This document shows positions 38,948-54,235 of a stretch of DNA of 64,000 nucleotides, piece after piece; positions within the stretch are counted from its first letter, which is position 1; every line of letters begins with the position of its first letter. Below the pieces are notes generated by a model, which was given only the letters and a program-made list of their open reading frames with translations, made no database searches and was not told the origin of the DNA. Location: contig NC_043007.1 in assembly GCF_006345805.1 (NCBI RefSeq), positions 27,466,001 through 27,530,000 on the forward strand, read 5' to 3'. The position numbers were made by a program, and so were the translations under genes. This DNA comes from Octopus sinensis (Eukaryota).

Positions 38948-39280
38948 GAAGGCGCATGGCTCAGTGGTTAGAGCGTAGAGCTTACGACAGTGAGGCTATG
39001 AGTTCGATTCCCGGACCGAGCTTTGTGTTTTGTTTTTGAGCAAGACACTTTATTTCACGTTGATCCAGTTAACCCGGCTGTAGAAATGAGTAGCGACATC
39101 ACCGGTGCCAAGCTGTATCGACCTTTGTCTTTCCCTTGAACAATATTGGTGGCGTGGAGAGGGGATGCTGGTATGCATGGGCGACTGCTGGTCTTCCATA
39201 AACAAACTTGCCCTGACTTGTGCCTAGGAGGGTAACTTTGTAAGTGCAATCCCATGGACATTCATTACCGAAAGGGGTCT
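38948..39280 (+). mobile_element. tRNA-derived SINE family S3
   Basis: GAAGGCGCATGGCTCAGTGGTTAGAGCG..GAGTTCGATTCCC, TTGAGCAAGACACTTTATTTCAC. Confidence 0.9.
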
Positions 39281-39290
39281 CCTCCTCCTC

Positions 39291-39460
39291 ATTTTTATCT
39301 TGGGGAAGAGATAGAAGTCCTCAAGTGTTAAATCTGTTGAATAGGGTGGATGGGGAAGCGATACCATGTTGGTTTTCGATTTCGAAAGAATCTCACGACA
39401 GAGGAGATCTCGGTGACAGAGTGCCTTACTATTGTGAAGAATCTGATTCTTCGCCCTGCA
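39291..39460 (-). pseudogene. Mariner transposase catalytic-domain fragment
   Basis: ILHNSKALCHRDLLCREILSK..MVSLPHPPYSTDLTLEDFYLFPKIK matches the mariner HDNA..H / PHPPYSPDLAP.DF.LF motifs. Confidence 0.85.
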
Positions 39461-39799
39461 CGGATACGGTCGCTTTTGAAGAATACCCTCGCCCAAACGC
39501 TTCAAAACGTGGCAGTAGAACTTTCGATTGATGATCTGGTCCTGGGGCGGGGGGAGTAATTATCGATGAGCAATACCGCAGATATAGAAAAGTAAAAACG
39601 ATGTGCGTACTCTTGATTCATAGGCGGCTCTGTCGTGCGTCCGTATCACACGACATATTGCGTACAACCCGTTGCCTGGTCGCTGTAAGCTTCACAACAT
39701 CGGTTGTGATGCAAATTTCAATCATTACACATAAAAACAACACACAAACACACACACACAAACATGCACACACATATGTATACGTGTAGATATGGATAT

Positions 39800-40165
39800 T
39801 TGGAAGCGCAATGGCCCAGTGGTTAGGGCAGCAGACTCACGGTCGTAGGATCGCGGTTTCGATTCCCAGAACGGGCGTTGTGAGTGTTTATTGAGCAAAA
39901 ACATTTAAAGCTCCACGAGGCTATAACAGGGACTGGTGGCGAATCCCACTGCATGCTTTCACCACAACATTTTCTCACTCTTTCTTCCAGTTTCTGTTGC
40001 TCCTGTATTTCAATGGCCCAGCCTTGTCACGCTGTGTGTCACGCTGAATCTCACCGTAAACTACATTAAGGGTACACGTGTCTGTGGAGTGTTCAGCCAC
40101 TTGCACGTTAACTTCACGAGCAGGCTGTTTAGTTGATCGGCTCAACTGGAACCCTCGTCGTCCTA
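39800..40165 (+). mobile_element. tRNA-derived SINE family S4
   Basis: GGAAGCGCAATGGCCCAGTGGTTAGGG..GGTTTCGATTCCC head. Confidence 0.85.
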
Positions 40166-40901
40166 ATCGACGCATTGTCACGGTATATGCATATAGCATA
40201 TGCACAGATGCATCCGCATTTACAAATGCGTAAACGTACCCTCAAAGTCGTACAGACGAAATTTCTGGGAACACGTTGTAAACCATAGGCAGTCGTATCC
40301 AGTTGTATATCATTTAAAGGAATTTATACTCGATATGTTCTTTCTGCGTAACAGATAATGGGCATAAATATTTCTGATTATAAAACGCATATATGGCTAT
40401 ATACATGACTAGATACTTGCATTCAAGATACGCATATTCATATGAATGGAAACTGAAGACCACTCGGGATTGCAAAGATCAGGGTGACACGTTTTAATAA
40501 AATAATACGGTATTCAAAAGATGAATTTCGTATTGCGTTCTTCATATCAAGGAAACACACTTCAATCCTACAAATTCTATCGAAGAAGACACACACACAC
40601 TCACATTCATACCAATATCTATATGTAAGCATTCGTACACACTAGTACGCGCGCTCACACACACTCACGTACACTCATACAGACACACTCACACACATAC
40701 ACACACACATATTTATATATATATATATATATATAGATTCATAGATATTTGTAAATACAAATATACATTCACAAATATATAGTTTAGTGTGTGTATATAT
40801 ATGTATATATATATATATATTGAATATATATATATATATATATCTATATATACATATATATATATATAGGATATATATATATATAATATATATATATAAT
40901 A

Positions 40902-40939
<38 letters not shown>

Positions 40940-40981
40940 GAATATATATATATATATATATATATATGAATATATATTATA

Positions 40982-41054
<73 letters not shown>

Positions 41055-41056
41055 CG

Positions 41057-41137
<81 letters not shown>

Positions 41138-41884
41138 TCATAGTTTCGCTCGTTCTTTGAAACTGAGGCGCATAATACATACACACATACTCGCACACAT
41201 ACATACAAGCAAAGAAACGAAAACACACACACATACGTACACGCGCATTTAAGCATGCCCGTACAGATTCTTCGACATATACTTGCACACACACACACTC
41301 ACACAGCAGTATATAAATATATGCATACAAAAACATGTATATTCCCAATCGTGTTAATACATTCTGTCATCTGTATAAATGCCCTTCGGTGAAGTATGCA
41401 CTTAAAAACGGTAAATATTCTTCCATTTGATCGCAAGGAATTGATGAAACTGTTTATATAAATTAACTGAATTTTTTTCCCCTATTTTCCACATTTAATT
41501 GTGATACGTTTTTTTTTTTTGTTTTGATTTGTTGCGCCTGTTTACGTGTAACAATTTATGATATCTGAAAGAATAATTAACAAAACATTTAATTGCTTTC
41601 ATTCTTGGCTAAACACCTATCTAAAATCAAACCAGTTTCCCCGTAATGCTTCCAACGCACTAGTTTATATCACACTTAAAAAAAAACAATAAACACGTGA
41701 TATCATGTTATACATTCTTATATATATACATATGGTAGTTTCATTCGTTTATTCAAATAATTAAGCGCCATTTTTTCCTATAAATTCACACGAGTAATAG
41801 CAATTATATTCCTTGCTGTTATACTCATATACATCCACATATAAAATTATATACGCTATACACGCAATGAAACATACACGATTG

Positions 41885-41925
<41 letters not shown>

Positions 41926-42068
41926 GTGTATGTGCGTATGTATATATATATAGAGAGAGAGAGACATATGCCTGCGTCTGTGTATGAGTGTGTTTGAAAT
42001 TATGCGTATGTGCGTGCGTGTATATATACAAACATACATACATACATACATACATACATACATGTATG

Positions 42069-42360
42069 TTAAAATTATAATTTAGGGTATCCAAGAGATA
42101 CCTCCACGCTGGAAATAGCAGCCAAAAATTCCCTTTAAAACCACATTAAATGTTCATACAGCACCAGGCGAGTATACAAAAGGACAAAATAAACTAGCAA
42201 AAAATTACTGGATAATTCCAGATCCCGGATTTCTGGCTTTGCATAAGAAATGCTTGCCTTTTTGTCTACTCTCCTGGTGCTGTATGAACATTTAATGTAG
42301 TTTTAGATTCAAATTTCCAGCGTAGAGGTATCTCTTGGATAACCTAAATTATTATTTTAA
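42069..42360. mobile_element. Foldback/MITE-like element (arms about 110 bp)
   Basis: TATCCAAGAGATACCTC.ACGCTGGAAAT and CATTAAATGTTCATACAGCACCAGG are mirrored at 42270-42345. Confidence 0.8.
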
Positions 42361-42502
42361 TAGTAATTATTACCTTTGAAGGTTGCTATTCCCATGCTGG
42401 CCACTTGATAATGATCGATAAATTACTTAACGATCTTATCCTTATTTAAAATATATTTACATACATATACATATGTATATAATATATATTTATATATATA
42501 TA

Positions 42503-42850
42503 CGGTGGTTGTCTACTCCTTATGCAGAGTCTGACCGCTTCCCCTACTTACACCTTAAATCCATCTTGGAGTGTGATGTAGCTTTTGAAACCAAACAATA
42601 TATTGAAAAGTTGTCCATATAGATTGCACATCTGATTTGGACTACTAAGTGCTGCAGTTTAGTTCTGATCTTTGTGGAACTTAAGATGCCTTTTGAGGTC
42701 TCCGTTAGATTTGTAAACCTTATGGCAGACACAGCATTGAAATATATGCACAGATATATAGGCAGAGAAGTTGGTGGAGGTTCGTTTTGCATGGGTCTGC
42801 AAATGAGATATACATATACACCACGCATACAGAAGCTGACACACAGACAC
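42503..42850 (-). pseudogene. Decayed tandem C2H2 zinc-finger segment, probably the 3' end of an RTE-like LINE
   Basis: One frame reads ..ISHLQTH..FQCCVCHKVYKSNGDLKRHLKFHKDQN*TAALSSPNQMCNLYGQLFNILFGFKSYI.., followed by a short UTR and a (TA)n tail. Confidence 0.65.
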
Positions 42851-43461
42851 ACAGACACACAGCCATATAAGTATTTGTGTGAGTGCATTTAGTAGCTGCA
42901 AAAGGCAAAATACTTAGACAACTTTTCTGGACCTCTTAATCGGTAATTAGTAAAACCAATTATGTCACAGCTGCATTTAGGAAGAACTTGCAACAATGCT
43001 AAATAATGGTATCGGAAGTATTATAGGAATAACAGTACATGATTTCAAATACAGGTACAAACAACACTCCTATGCCTTAAGATACAGAGCATTACTTCGT
43101 TGATATGTCTGTGTATGAAATATAAAATGGTCGTGAGTTTTATATTCGATATGAATGCAAATTGCTAAATATTACTTAGCTTAATCAATTTATGTATCTA
43201 ATTCATAAACCGATCGTGCAACATATTGATATCACTCATTTTCATCCAGCATCACATATACTTTATCGTTTATTTGGTTAAGGCCGTGGCCTGTCAGTAT
43301 ACGTGGTCACCGCCTTAGAGTGCTTTAGTTGAAACACTCGCCTTCACTACTATTTTGTGTACTCACTCTATCGAACTCTTTCAATGAACAGCTATATTAC
43401 AAAGACAATATATATATGTATATATATATATATATAATATATATATATATATAATATATAT

Positions 43462-43544
<83 letters not shown>

Positions 43545-43546
<2 letters not shown>

Positions 43547-43708
43547 GACGGCTTGTTTCAGTTTGCCTGTACCGACTCCACTCGCTAGGCTTTGGTAGGC
43601 CCGACGCTATATCAGAAGACACTTGCCCAATGTGCGATGCAGTGGGACTAAACCAGGAGGAACCACGTCGTTGTTAAGCTAGCTACTTACCACAGAGCCA
43701 CTCCTGCC
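43545..43708 (-). mobile_element. SINE family S2, 5' part
   Basis: Reverse complement of the S2 head and box. Confidence 0.8.
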
Positions 43709-45809
43709 TCTATGTAAATTTACATTTAGTAAAATATATCCTTCACTGAGTACTAATTTTTAAATGCCTCGAAAAGTTAAATTCTTTCGCGAGGATTTGT
43801 ATTTCATTGAAAGTTATACGGAAGATCTTTCAGGTAAATACCTGCCCTTTTAACATTTCTTAGGTTTAAATGCTTTCTGATATCAGCTTTTCCTTCACCT
43901 ACTACACTTCAATTGTTAAAATACTTTTTGTACCTGTTATTGTATTGCATTTAAAAATAACATTTCTTTATTCCGTTCCCTTCCTCCATATGTACACTTA
44001 CCAATTGTATTCTTTCTCTTCAAACTTAATTGCACCTATTAAAAGTAGTTGTAACGCCTCGATTGATGCTGCTGCACCGTTTAATGCAGTGGTCTGTGGA
44101 TATATGTTCATGTATTGCGTACATACTGCGCCGGTCTATTTTGAAAGCGTATTCATTTCATATGCATCCATATCGATTAGCAGAGCTCTATGCATGACTG
44201 TTTGCGTGACTGTCTCTTTTATATATTCAGTTTTGATTCGGCGTAAACAAATTGCTATACTATATCTGTGTATCTGAATGCATTTAGATACATCGCCTTT
44301 AAGCGGTGCAGAGGATTCCACCAGTTGTTTGCTTGTTTGCATGCGTCTACGTCTATCGCTACATCTCTATACATTTTGGGATGCTGAATGTGTGCAACGA
44401 GTATACTGGATTCTGTTCATCTGTTCCTTTCTGTATGTTACAATGAACTTGTTTATCTGTATACCTACATACATACATGCATACATACATATATATATAT
44501 ATAGATATGAATGTATATATATATATATTATGTGTATGTATGTATATATATATATATATATATACCTTTTCAAAAAAAATTTTGTTGCCGTTATTTGAAA
44601 ATCCAGTCCTCAACAATCTTACTCGTTATTTAACACCAATATGTAAGAAATTTCACCCTGATGAAATTCGGACACACTGTAGGGTTCGTTTACATCTAAC
44701 ATGGTCGAGATGATCCGAAGCAATGTTACCCTATTGGCCAAATTGAAACAAGTGTAGGCATCTTTTTTTAGTATTTCTTATGTTAATTCTGTTACTTTAA
44801 ATTTTATAAGTATTCATCGTGAAACAAATAAAATTAAATAAGTATCCACTATATTTCTTCTCCATTTTCTTATATTTACTTAAAACTATACACAAACACA
44901 AACACGCACATATCACTTAACACTATACACACAAACACACACTCATATTAATTCATAATTTAAACAGTTCCATCTCAATGACATTTTATCTCAAAGATAT
45001 CATCCTATGACTGGTTTTCATTATTTAAAAATATGAATATGTAGCCAGCACTCATACATACACAAAATCCAAATTATTGAGATTTACTGGCCAAATGTTG
45101 CGCAGTTCAAATTTCGTTGGCATCTAAATGATGTCGAATCAATCTCCTAGCTCATCTCGTTTGTAATGTGTTTTGTCTCATAGTTCTCAGTCAAACAAAG
45201 GGTCTGGGGGTAAAAGTTCGTTGTTAATTTCTCCCGTGCATCATTTAAGGGATTTTGTATATATTATATAATTTTAATTCATCATTGATTCAATCATTGT
45301 AATTAGGACAGTGGTTTATAAGGGAAATATTGGGGCGTTATTTCTAATAAGACTACTCAAGACATACAGGATTCTTCATACTTCTTAAAAAACTTCAGAT
45401 AATAATGGATTCACATCAAAATAGCTTTCTAAATTAATCAACCAAAGCCGGCAAACAAATATTAGATATTAACGCAGGTAGCACGAGAACTCAGATATGT
45501 TGCCTTGTTTAATAGTGATACTTCATTCCTTGCTACACAATAGGAAGACAAACAATTATAGAAATAGGTAAGAAAATGGTTCCCTTCTTTTGAAACCCTT
45601 CTATTTATGTCCAGTGATTATACCCTGAGCATTCAATTCCCATATGTACACGTCACTGCACACAAGACTATTTATAAGTGTTCGTCTTCATTTCTGTAAT
45701 TGTCTAGCTATTTGTTGCTGTTGATGTTTTCGAATGACTGATAGTGTGTGTAGGAACGTGAGGAATTTTCTTGTACATCAAGGAGTATTTTGATAATAAT
45801 GTGTATGAT

Positions 45810-45819
45810 TAAGCATATC

Positions 45820-45914
<95 letters not shown>

Positions 45915-46197
45915 CTATCTATATCTATCTATTTATCTATCTATCTTTCTATTTATCTATTTATCTATATATCTATCTATATATCTATATCTAGCTATAT
46001 CTATCTATCTATCTATATATCTATCTATCTATCTGCCTATCTATCTATCTATCTATCTATTTATCTATTTTTCTATATCTATATCTATCTATATCTATCT
46101 ATCTATATCTATCTATCTATCTCTTTATCTATCTATCAATCTATGTATCTATCTATTTATCTATCTGTATATCTATATCTATCTATCTATCTATCTG

Positions 46198-46239
<42 letters not shown>

Positions 46240-46328
46240 ATCTATCTATCAATCTATCTCTCTATCTGTCTATCTATTTATCTATCTATCTATCTATTTA
46301 TCTATCTATATATCTATATCTATATCCA

Positions 46329-46340
<12 letters not shown>
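45810..46340. repeat. Long degenerate (TATC)n / GATA tetranucleotide array
   Basis: Direct reading. Shorter arrays at 2146-2296, 23741-23814 and 49495-49530. Confidence 0.95.
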
Positions 46341-46365
<25 letters not shown>

Positions 46366-46774
46366 CAGCGTATGCGTCATAAATTTCCGTTTTCAAATAG
46401 CATATATGTAAAAATGCCCTATGATATTCAGAGCTGAGCACGGTTTTTTATTTCATAATTTTCTATTCTTTCTGATCGGAATGATTGAAAATGTAAGGGG
46501 ATATTTCCAAGTCTGCGCGAAGAAATTAATTTACTTTCACATTGCCTTCTGCAATGAGGAAATAAAATATCTACGAATATCTTTTCTTAGCCTACAAGCA
46601 AAATGAATTAACTAATAATTAACGGTATTTGTAAATAGCAAAGCATAATTACAAAAAAAAAAATTACACATGAACACAAATATTAGAAGTGGCCTAGAAT
46701 ACATGTACAGACCTGCATTAAGAAATACACACACACACACACACTTATATATGATTTATATTAATATATAAATG

Positions 46775-46816
<42 letters not shown>

Positions 46817-46886
46817 ATATTGTATATCTATAAATGGCTCTTTCTTATATATATATAATTTATGTAAGTATATATGCATACATATA

Positions 46887-46918
<32 letters not shown>

Positions 46919-46977
46919 ATATATATAATATACGTAATATGTATGTATATATACGTATATATATGTATATATATGTA

Positions 46978-47022
<45 letters not shown>

Positions 47023-47175
47023 GGACATAAATGTAGGGATGGAATTGATATTCATATGAAGCTCATGGAATGTGTACATACATTTTAACATGTATTTATG
47101 CAAGAATGCAAAAGGGAGATAATGTCCACGTTTTCAACTAATTTCATGTATGCATGAAACGGGATATGTATATGT

Positions 47176-47206
<31 letters not shown>

Positions 47207-47209
47207 GTG

Positions 47210-47265
<56 letters not shown>

Positions 47266-47538
47266 TGTGTCCGAATAAAGATATGTATGATTATAGATAC
47301 AAAAAAATATCTGACTACATAGTTATGCAAGAATGCGTAGAGTTGATAATATCCGTGCTAGCAACTGACAACATGCATGCATAAAGTGAGATAATGCAGA
47401 TAAATATATTGCGATCGCGTATAATAATATATCATAAGTGTGGTATGATGCATATTTATATATATTTATTCAAATGTATGTATGTATGCGTGTTATATAT
47501 ATATATATATATATAATATATATACATACTTAGTATAT

Positions 47539-47571
<33 letters not shown>

Positions 47572-49226
47572 TAATATATATATATACATATACACATGCA
47601 TATATTTACACACTTACATACACACACATATACGTATACAAGAGTATATGTACATGTATATATATACATATATATATTCGTATATATAAACATATATGTA
47701 TGTATGTAGTATGCATGCATGTGTGTATGTATGCATGCATGTATGTATGCATGTATGTATGTATGTATTTATGTATGTATGTATGTATGTATGTATGTAT
47801 GTATGTATGTGTATATTTGCAGAAAAAAGTCTGACTAACGATTCAGTACCAAAATATTATTCCAGGCAACCACAAAACGTTTATATTTTTTTAATTCTGT
47901 GCGGAACCTCCATTCTTAACACGCACATACATAACAATTCGCTCACCACCCAACACTTATATATATAATATATTATATATATATACGTGTGTGTGTGCGT
48001 GTGTGTACGTGCGTGTGTATGTGTGTGTGTATGTGTTGTGTGTGTGTAATGTGGATATGAGAATACATGAAAACATATGTACAGTTATATTTACGGTCAT
48101 TTATATATATATATATATATATATTATAGATATATATACACACATACATACATATATACATATATAAGTTTATATGTATATAAACCTGTATATATATATA
48201 TGCATATATATATATGCGTTTGTTTTTGTGTGTGTATGTATGTGTGTATGTGTGTGCATGTTTGTGAGTAATGTGTATGAGTGTATACGTCTATATATTT
48301 GTGGTTGATAGAAAGATACTCTCTGTGCCCGCTGTGTTAGAACCTATGTGTATATTAAATATACGCAACCTGTTTCCACTCCGCGTTTTCCATGTTCCTT
48401 ACGTGAGCCATAATATTTCCTTGTGTGTTTGTAGGCCGAGATACAATTATTGACTCCGCGCAGGTATAATCACAAAATTATAAATAAACACATCATTAAT
48501 TACTGGAAAAAGAAGCAAATAATAAAGAACCAGTATTTAGAATTCTTTGTCTAAAATTATAACCAACTTTTACAAGATTCTCTGCTAGAAGCAAAGATTT
48601 GGAATGCAATATAATGAGAGATGTACGTGATATCATATTAGACACAGTATTCTTATTTTAACTCACTGAGTGTGAAATTACATGGAATTTAAAGATGGGT
48701 TTAACTGCTCTTCGGGGAAGAATTTATTGGAGTTTGCAATTCTTTATTTAGTTTCAATTATTACATGAGAATGTGATTGATTGATTGAATCCTTATTCGA
48801 GATGTTCTTTTATTTCCTGAACTCTTTGGTTAATTGAGATGTTCCTTTTCTTTCTATATACTGTATATTATCCAACATTCTTTAAATATTTCTTGCGTTT
48901 TATACATCATTTCCTTAAAATACATTCCTCCATATCTAATACATACAATACACACAGAGGCAATCAGATTTACAAACACATGCACACATACATGCATACT
49001 TACATATATTCATCGTACATACATATATACATACACATACATATATATACATATACACATACGCGCACACACACGCACACACACACGCACACACACACAC
49101 ACACACATATATCATATATAGTAGTAGTAGAGTAGTAGTAGTAGTAGTAGTAGTGGTAGTAGTAGTAGTAATAGCAGTATTGCTTTTCAGTAAAACAAAG
49201 CGGTATCAAATCAAGGTGTAACTATA

Positions 49227-49494
49227 GGATAGTGGTACAACAAGGCACCAATATTTACTGAAAATAGCAGACGATAATATACGACACTATAATAAAATTT
49301 CACTCTCTCTCTCTCTAACTCTCTCTCTCTCTCTCTCTCTTTCTCTCACTCTGTATATATATATATATATATACATACATACGTACATATTTATATATAT
49401 ATATATACACACACAAAGTGAAGATTTATTATAGCGTCGTATATTATCGTCTGCCTTTCCAGTAAATACTGGTGTATATTGTTCTACCACTATC

Positions 49495-49495
<1 letters not shown>
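49227..49495. mobile_element. MITE with about 80-bp terminal inverted repeats, TA flanks and internal microsatellites
   Basis: TA-GGATAGTGGTACAAC..GCAGACGATAATATACGAC mirrored by GTCGTATATTATCGTCTGC..GTTCTACCACTATCC-TA. A related half element lies at about 3050-3110. Confidence 0.75.
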
Positions 49496-49530
<35 letters not shown>

Positions 49531-50284
49531 ATATTATATATATATATATATATATCTATATATATATATTATATATATATAAGATAGATAGATAAATAGA
49601 TAGATAGATAGATAGATAATACATACATAATACATACCATACATACATACATACATGCCATAGAGACATACATACATACATACATACATGCATAGAGACA
49701 TACATACATACATACATACATACATACATACGTACACACATACTTATACGCTTAATATTTCTGTTAGTATCGTTTATTTGTAAACTATATCATTGCGAGG
49801 TAATCACAGTTCCATGCCCTTAATGATCGCTTGTGTGGCAAGAATTGTCAGTGTTGGAAACGATTGAACGCCGACTTGGCTCTGCTGAGACATTCTGGGA
49901 GAAATTCCAAGTTTCAACATTTGAATGTCGTCAAAATACAGCTTAGAGTAGCTAAAGTCCTTCCTATCGAAAGTTGATTGGCTGTACACAATCAGCCAAT
50001 CAGCGACATGTTCGACGGTTTATCTTCTTCCTTGCCGATAATGCATAGGTTTTATGTGTTATCTTTTAAATATTTCAGTTTTTGGATTGCGGCCATGCTG
50101 GGGCACAACTTCGAAAGGGATTTAGTCGAATGAATTGATTGACACCGGTTTCAGCTCAGGTGCGTTGCATGTACACTAAATATCATATGCTACCCCATAA
50201 GCCGTTCGACTCCTTGTGAGTAGATCGAATAAAGGGAAACTGAAGGAAAACCTCGAACATACATACATACATTTAAATATATAC

Positions 50285-50324
<40 letters not shown>

Positions 50325-50347
50325 TATATATATATAATATATATATA

Positions 50348-50381
<34 letters not shown>

Positions 50382-50939
50382 ATATACATGTATATATATG
50401 TATATATGTGTGTGTGTGTGTGTGTATGCGTGTGTGTGTATGCATTTTTCATCTGTTACAACTGGAAAACACTTGCTGGTTTGTTTACGTCCCCACAACT
50501 TAGTGATTTGGCAAAGCACACACACACAAAACATAAGTACCAGTCTAATATAAATATGTACTGGGGTCGATTCGTTCGACAAAAGAAACCCTTCAAGGGG
50601 TGCCCCGGCATGGCCGTTGCCTAATGACATTAAATGTACAAAAATCAGGGAGATCATTAAATGTAAAATCATCAGGGAGACCAGCTTGTTATTACCATCG
50701 ACGTTGACCCCCAGTACATGACTGTTAGTATAATTATCTATCCTATAAGGAGTAATGGTTGAAGTTCGTCTTGGCATGATTTCAACTCGGATCATCAGAA
50801 CAAAATACTGAACGCATTCTGTTCGACGCACAGATTGACTGTAGTTATTTTGTTATTAAGAATGGTGTGTTCACTCGGTACGAAATCTGTAAAGTTACGA
50901 CAGGTGATGAGAATGGAGGTAATATTAATTAATTGTCAG

Positions 50940-51420
50940 TATAACAATGAACAGGTAATGGTTTGAAAACATTCCGATGAGAAGAAACACGAAGCGGCAA
51001 GTAGACGTATGGATGATGACGATGATGACGACGACGACGACGACGACGATGATGATGATGATGATGATGATGATGACGATGATGATCATGATGATGATGA
51101 TGGCAAAAGCAAGGACAACGATCATAATGATGAGAAGGCAGAATAGGGGAAGGGCGGAAGGGGATGGTGTGGATGTTGTCGATGATTACGATGATGATGA
51201 TGATGAGGATGAAAATGATGCTCGTGTTAGTGGTGGTGGGGATGATGAAAATGATAATGATCACGACAGCGATGATGATAGGGAGTAGAACGGAGAGCAG
51301 TTTGAAGATGATGATGATGATGACGATGACGACGACGATGATGATGGCGGTGGTGGTGGTGGTGAAGATGATGATGATGGTGATGATGATGACGATGGTG
51401 ATGATGATGAGAATAGACAA
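50940..51420. repeat. Compound (GAT/GAC/GGT)n microsatellite
   Basis: Direct reading. Confidence 0.9.
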
Positions 51421-51920
51421 TGTAGCTGTAGTGATGTTGGTGGATTATAGTGAAAGATCTAAAAGCAATACAAAATAAAATAAAATAAAATAAAATAACA
51501 TCCGTCCTCAACTTTGTTAATAGAAGCATACATAAACCTCATTCACACATAAAGACGCAGCAAACATATACGTACAAACACGCACACACTCATCCACATA
51601 CATGCGCCCACAAACATACACACACAGACACACATATAGGTTGCTGAGGCGAATTATGACATGATGAAATAAAAACGTGAGTAAGTTATGGAGAGATTTA
51701 TCACGATTTCCAGCATATTTCTTAAAGAATGGAAGTCAAACGAGGAAAAACCAAAATACTGTAAGAATTTGCTTCCACATGTTACTGTTGTTTATGAGAC
51801 TTTTGGTGTCTTACAGAAATGATATTCCTCATCAAACGAACCTACCCTATTAGACAGTCATACACACGCATACACACATACACACACAAAAACACACACA
51901 AACACACACGCAAGCACATA

Positions 51921-52110
51921 TCTATTATATAGAATCCGTTCTGTCTGTTTGTCTGAGTGTGTGACCTCTAGGATCTCGGGCATCCTCCATTCGATTGCGC
52001 TCAAATTTGATATGTAGATACCGATGGTATCAGGGCGTGTATAAGCCCTAAAAAATTACAAAAATCTATTCCAGGTGAGAATTCGATCAATAAAGCCGTT
52101 TTTGTCCTGC
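51921..52110 (+). mobile_element. Non-autonomous Helitron-like element, 5' portion
   Basis: A|TCTATTATAT start, CTGTCTGTTTGTC, CGATTGCGCTCAAATTTGATATG. No 3' CTAG identified. Confidence 0.5.
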
Positions 52111-52575
52111 TTTTCTTTCGTCAACCTGTACATAACTGCACCTTTCATTTTTTGTTGTTTTTGTACTGCTTAAAGGCACGTTTATTTCCTGCCAAGCTTA
52201 CTATTTAAACTATGTTTGTGTTCTCCCAGTCAACAGCCTTATCATTACTGGTACTTTAAACTCTTCGGCTGCATATTTGTGTGAATAAAATCTTTTTTTC
52301 TTTGGAATAGAAAAACATTCTATCTTTATTTCTACTTCTGCTGGTGTCTCAAATTTAAGTTAAATCAGTGTTTCTCAAAGGGTAGGCCTATGGGACGGTC
52401 GCACAAGTTGTTTTGAGAAACTTTGGTTTAAATGTTTGACAACTCAGCACCGTCCATTGAACGGAGTGCGTTTTGCTCGTATATAGAATTGCTTTGGAAG
52501 CTATATGTGTGTTTGTGAATTCACTTTAGCAAACTGGTATTAACTTTCCATTCTCCATTTACCCCTTCCTTTAAA

Positions 52576-52663
<88 letters not shown>

Positions 52664-52795
52664 ACGTCCTTTTGGTGTCCTGTAATCATATATGCGTGTA
52701 TATGTACATGTAGAGGTAGGTACGTACATATATGTTTATATATATGCATATGTTTTATTTTATTTATTAATATATATATATATATATGCGTATGG

Positions 52796-53123
<328 letters not shown>

Positions 53124-53312
53124 AAGTTCAGTAAAAATTTAGATTCAAATGAATATGGTACTTAATTTAGATGCACCAGAATTTTGTATGGTGTTATCCA
53201 TAAAAATCCGTGGGGTGATTATAATCAAAATAAGCAACAAGAATTACTCCGGTAATGTTGTACGAAACGATCGTGCCAAATTACCGGAGTCATTTTTGTT
53301 GCTTATTCTGAG

Positions 53313-53341
<29 letters not shown>

Positions 53342-53343
<2 letters not shown>

Positions 53344-53780
53344 ACAAACGAAAACATATTATCGTCTGAGTGTTAAGAAAGAAAACTTTTGAGAATCTTT
53401 TAAGAAACTATGATGACTGGAGGGGAGCGTGCTTTTTCCAGCTTAGAAATTTCCAACCCGAAAGGGTACAAAAACAAGAGCAGTTAAAAAAAAACAAGTA
53501 AAGAAACCAATAGAAAAAAAGCAGGCTTCCGGCAAACCACCTATGTCCACCATTGTGATTTCTCATCTAGATCACGTGATCGTTTAATAAGTCATGCTTA
53601 TGCTGCTTCATGTCCATATTGCTTTCGGTGGCATGAGAACTTACACGAAGAGTCACCAGGTGGAGTTAATGAATTGTAAACGTTGGTGAATGGTTGTAAT
53701 ATTAATATGATTGTCTGTTTGGTTGGATTTTTTTACTCGCTTTTCTAACTGGACTCATATACGTCGTCTTCGACGGGAGA
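53342..53780 (+). pseudogene. 3' end of an RTE-like LINE with (TCA)n tail
   Basis: Broken frames ENLLRNYDDWRGACF..RNFQPERVQKQEQL and TTYVHHCDFSSRSRDRLISHA resemble the RTE C-terminal WE.LA.DR..WR and C..C....SRIGL.SH motifs. Confidence 0.55.
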
Positions 53781-53788
53781 GGCTAAAG

Positions 53789-53821
<33 letters not shown>

Positions 53822-54190
53822 CCACTATCATCATCATCATCATCATCATCACCACTATCATCATCATCATCATCATCACCACTATCATCATCATCATCAT
53901 CATCACCACTATCATCATCATCATCATAATCATCATCCTCATCCTCATCATCATTATCATCATCATCATCATCACCACCATCACCACCATCATCATCATC
54001 ATCATCATCATCATCATAATCATCATCATCATCATCATCACCACAATCATCATTATCAACATCATCATCATAATCGTCGTCATCTTCATCATCATCATCA
54101 TCATCATTATCATCATCATCATCATCATCATCATCACCACCACCACCAATATCATCATAATAATCATCATCATCATCACCATCATCATCG

Positions 54191-54235
<45 letters not shown>

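Noticed and set aside
38948-39020. tRNA gene calls for SINE heads
   Set aside because: They have A/B boxes but no complete cloverleaf, and continue into SINE bodies.
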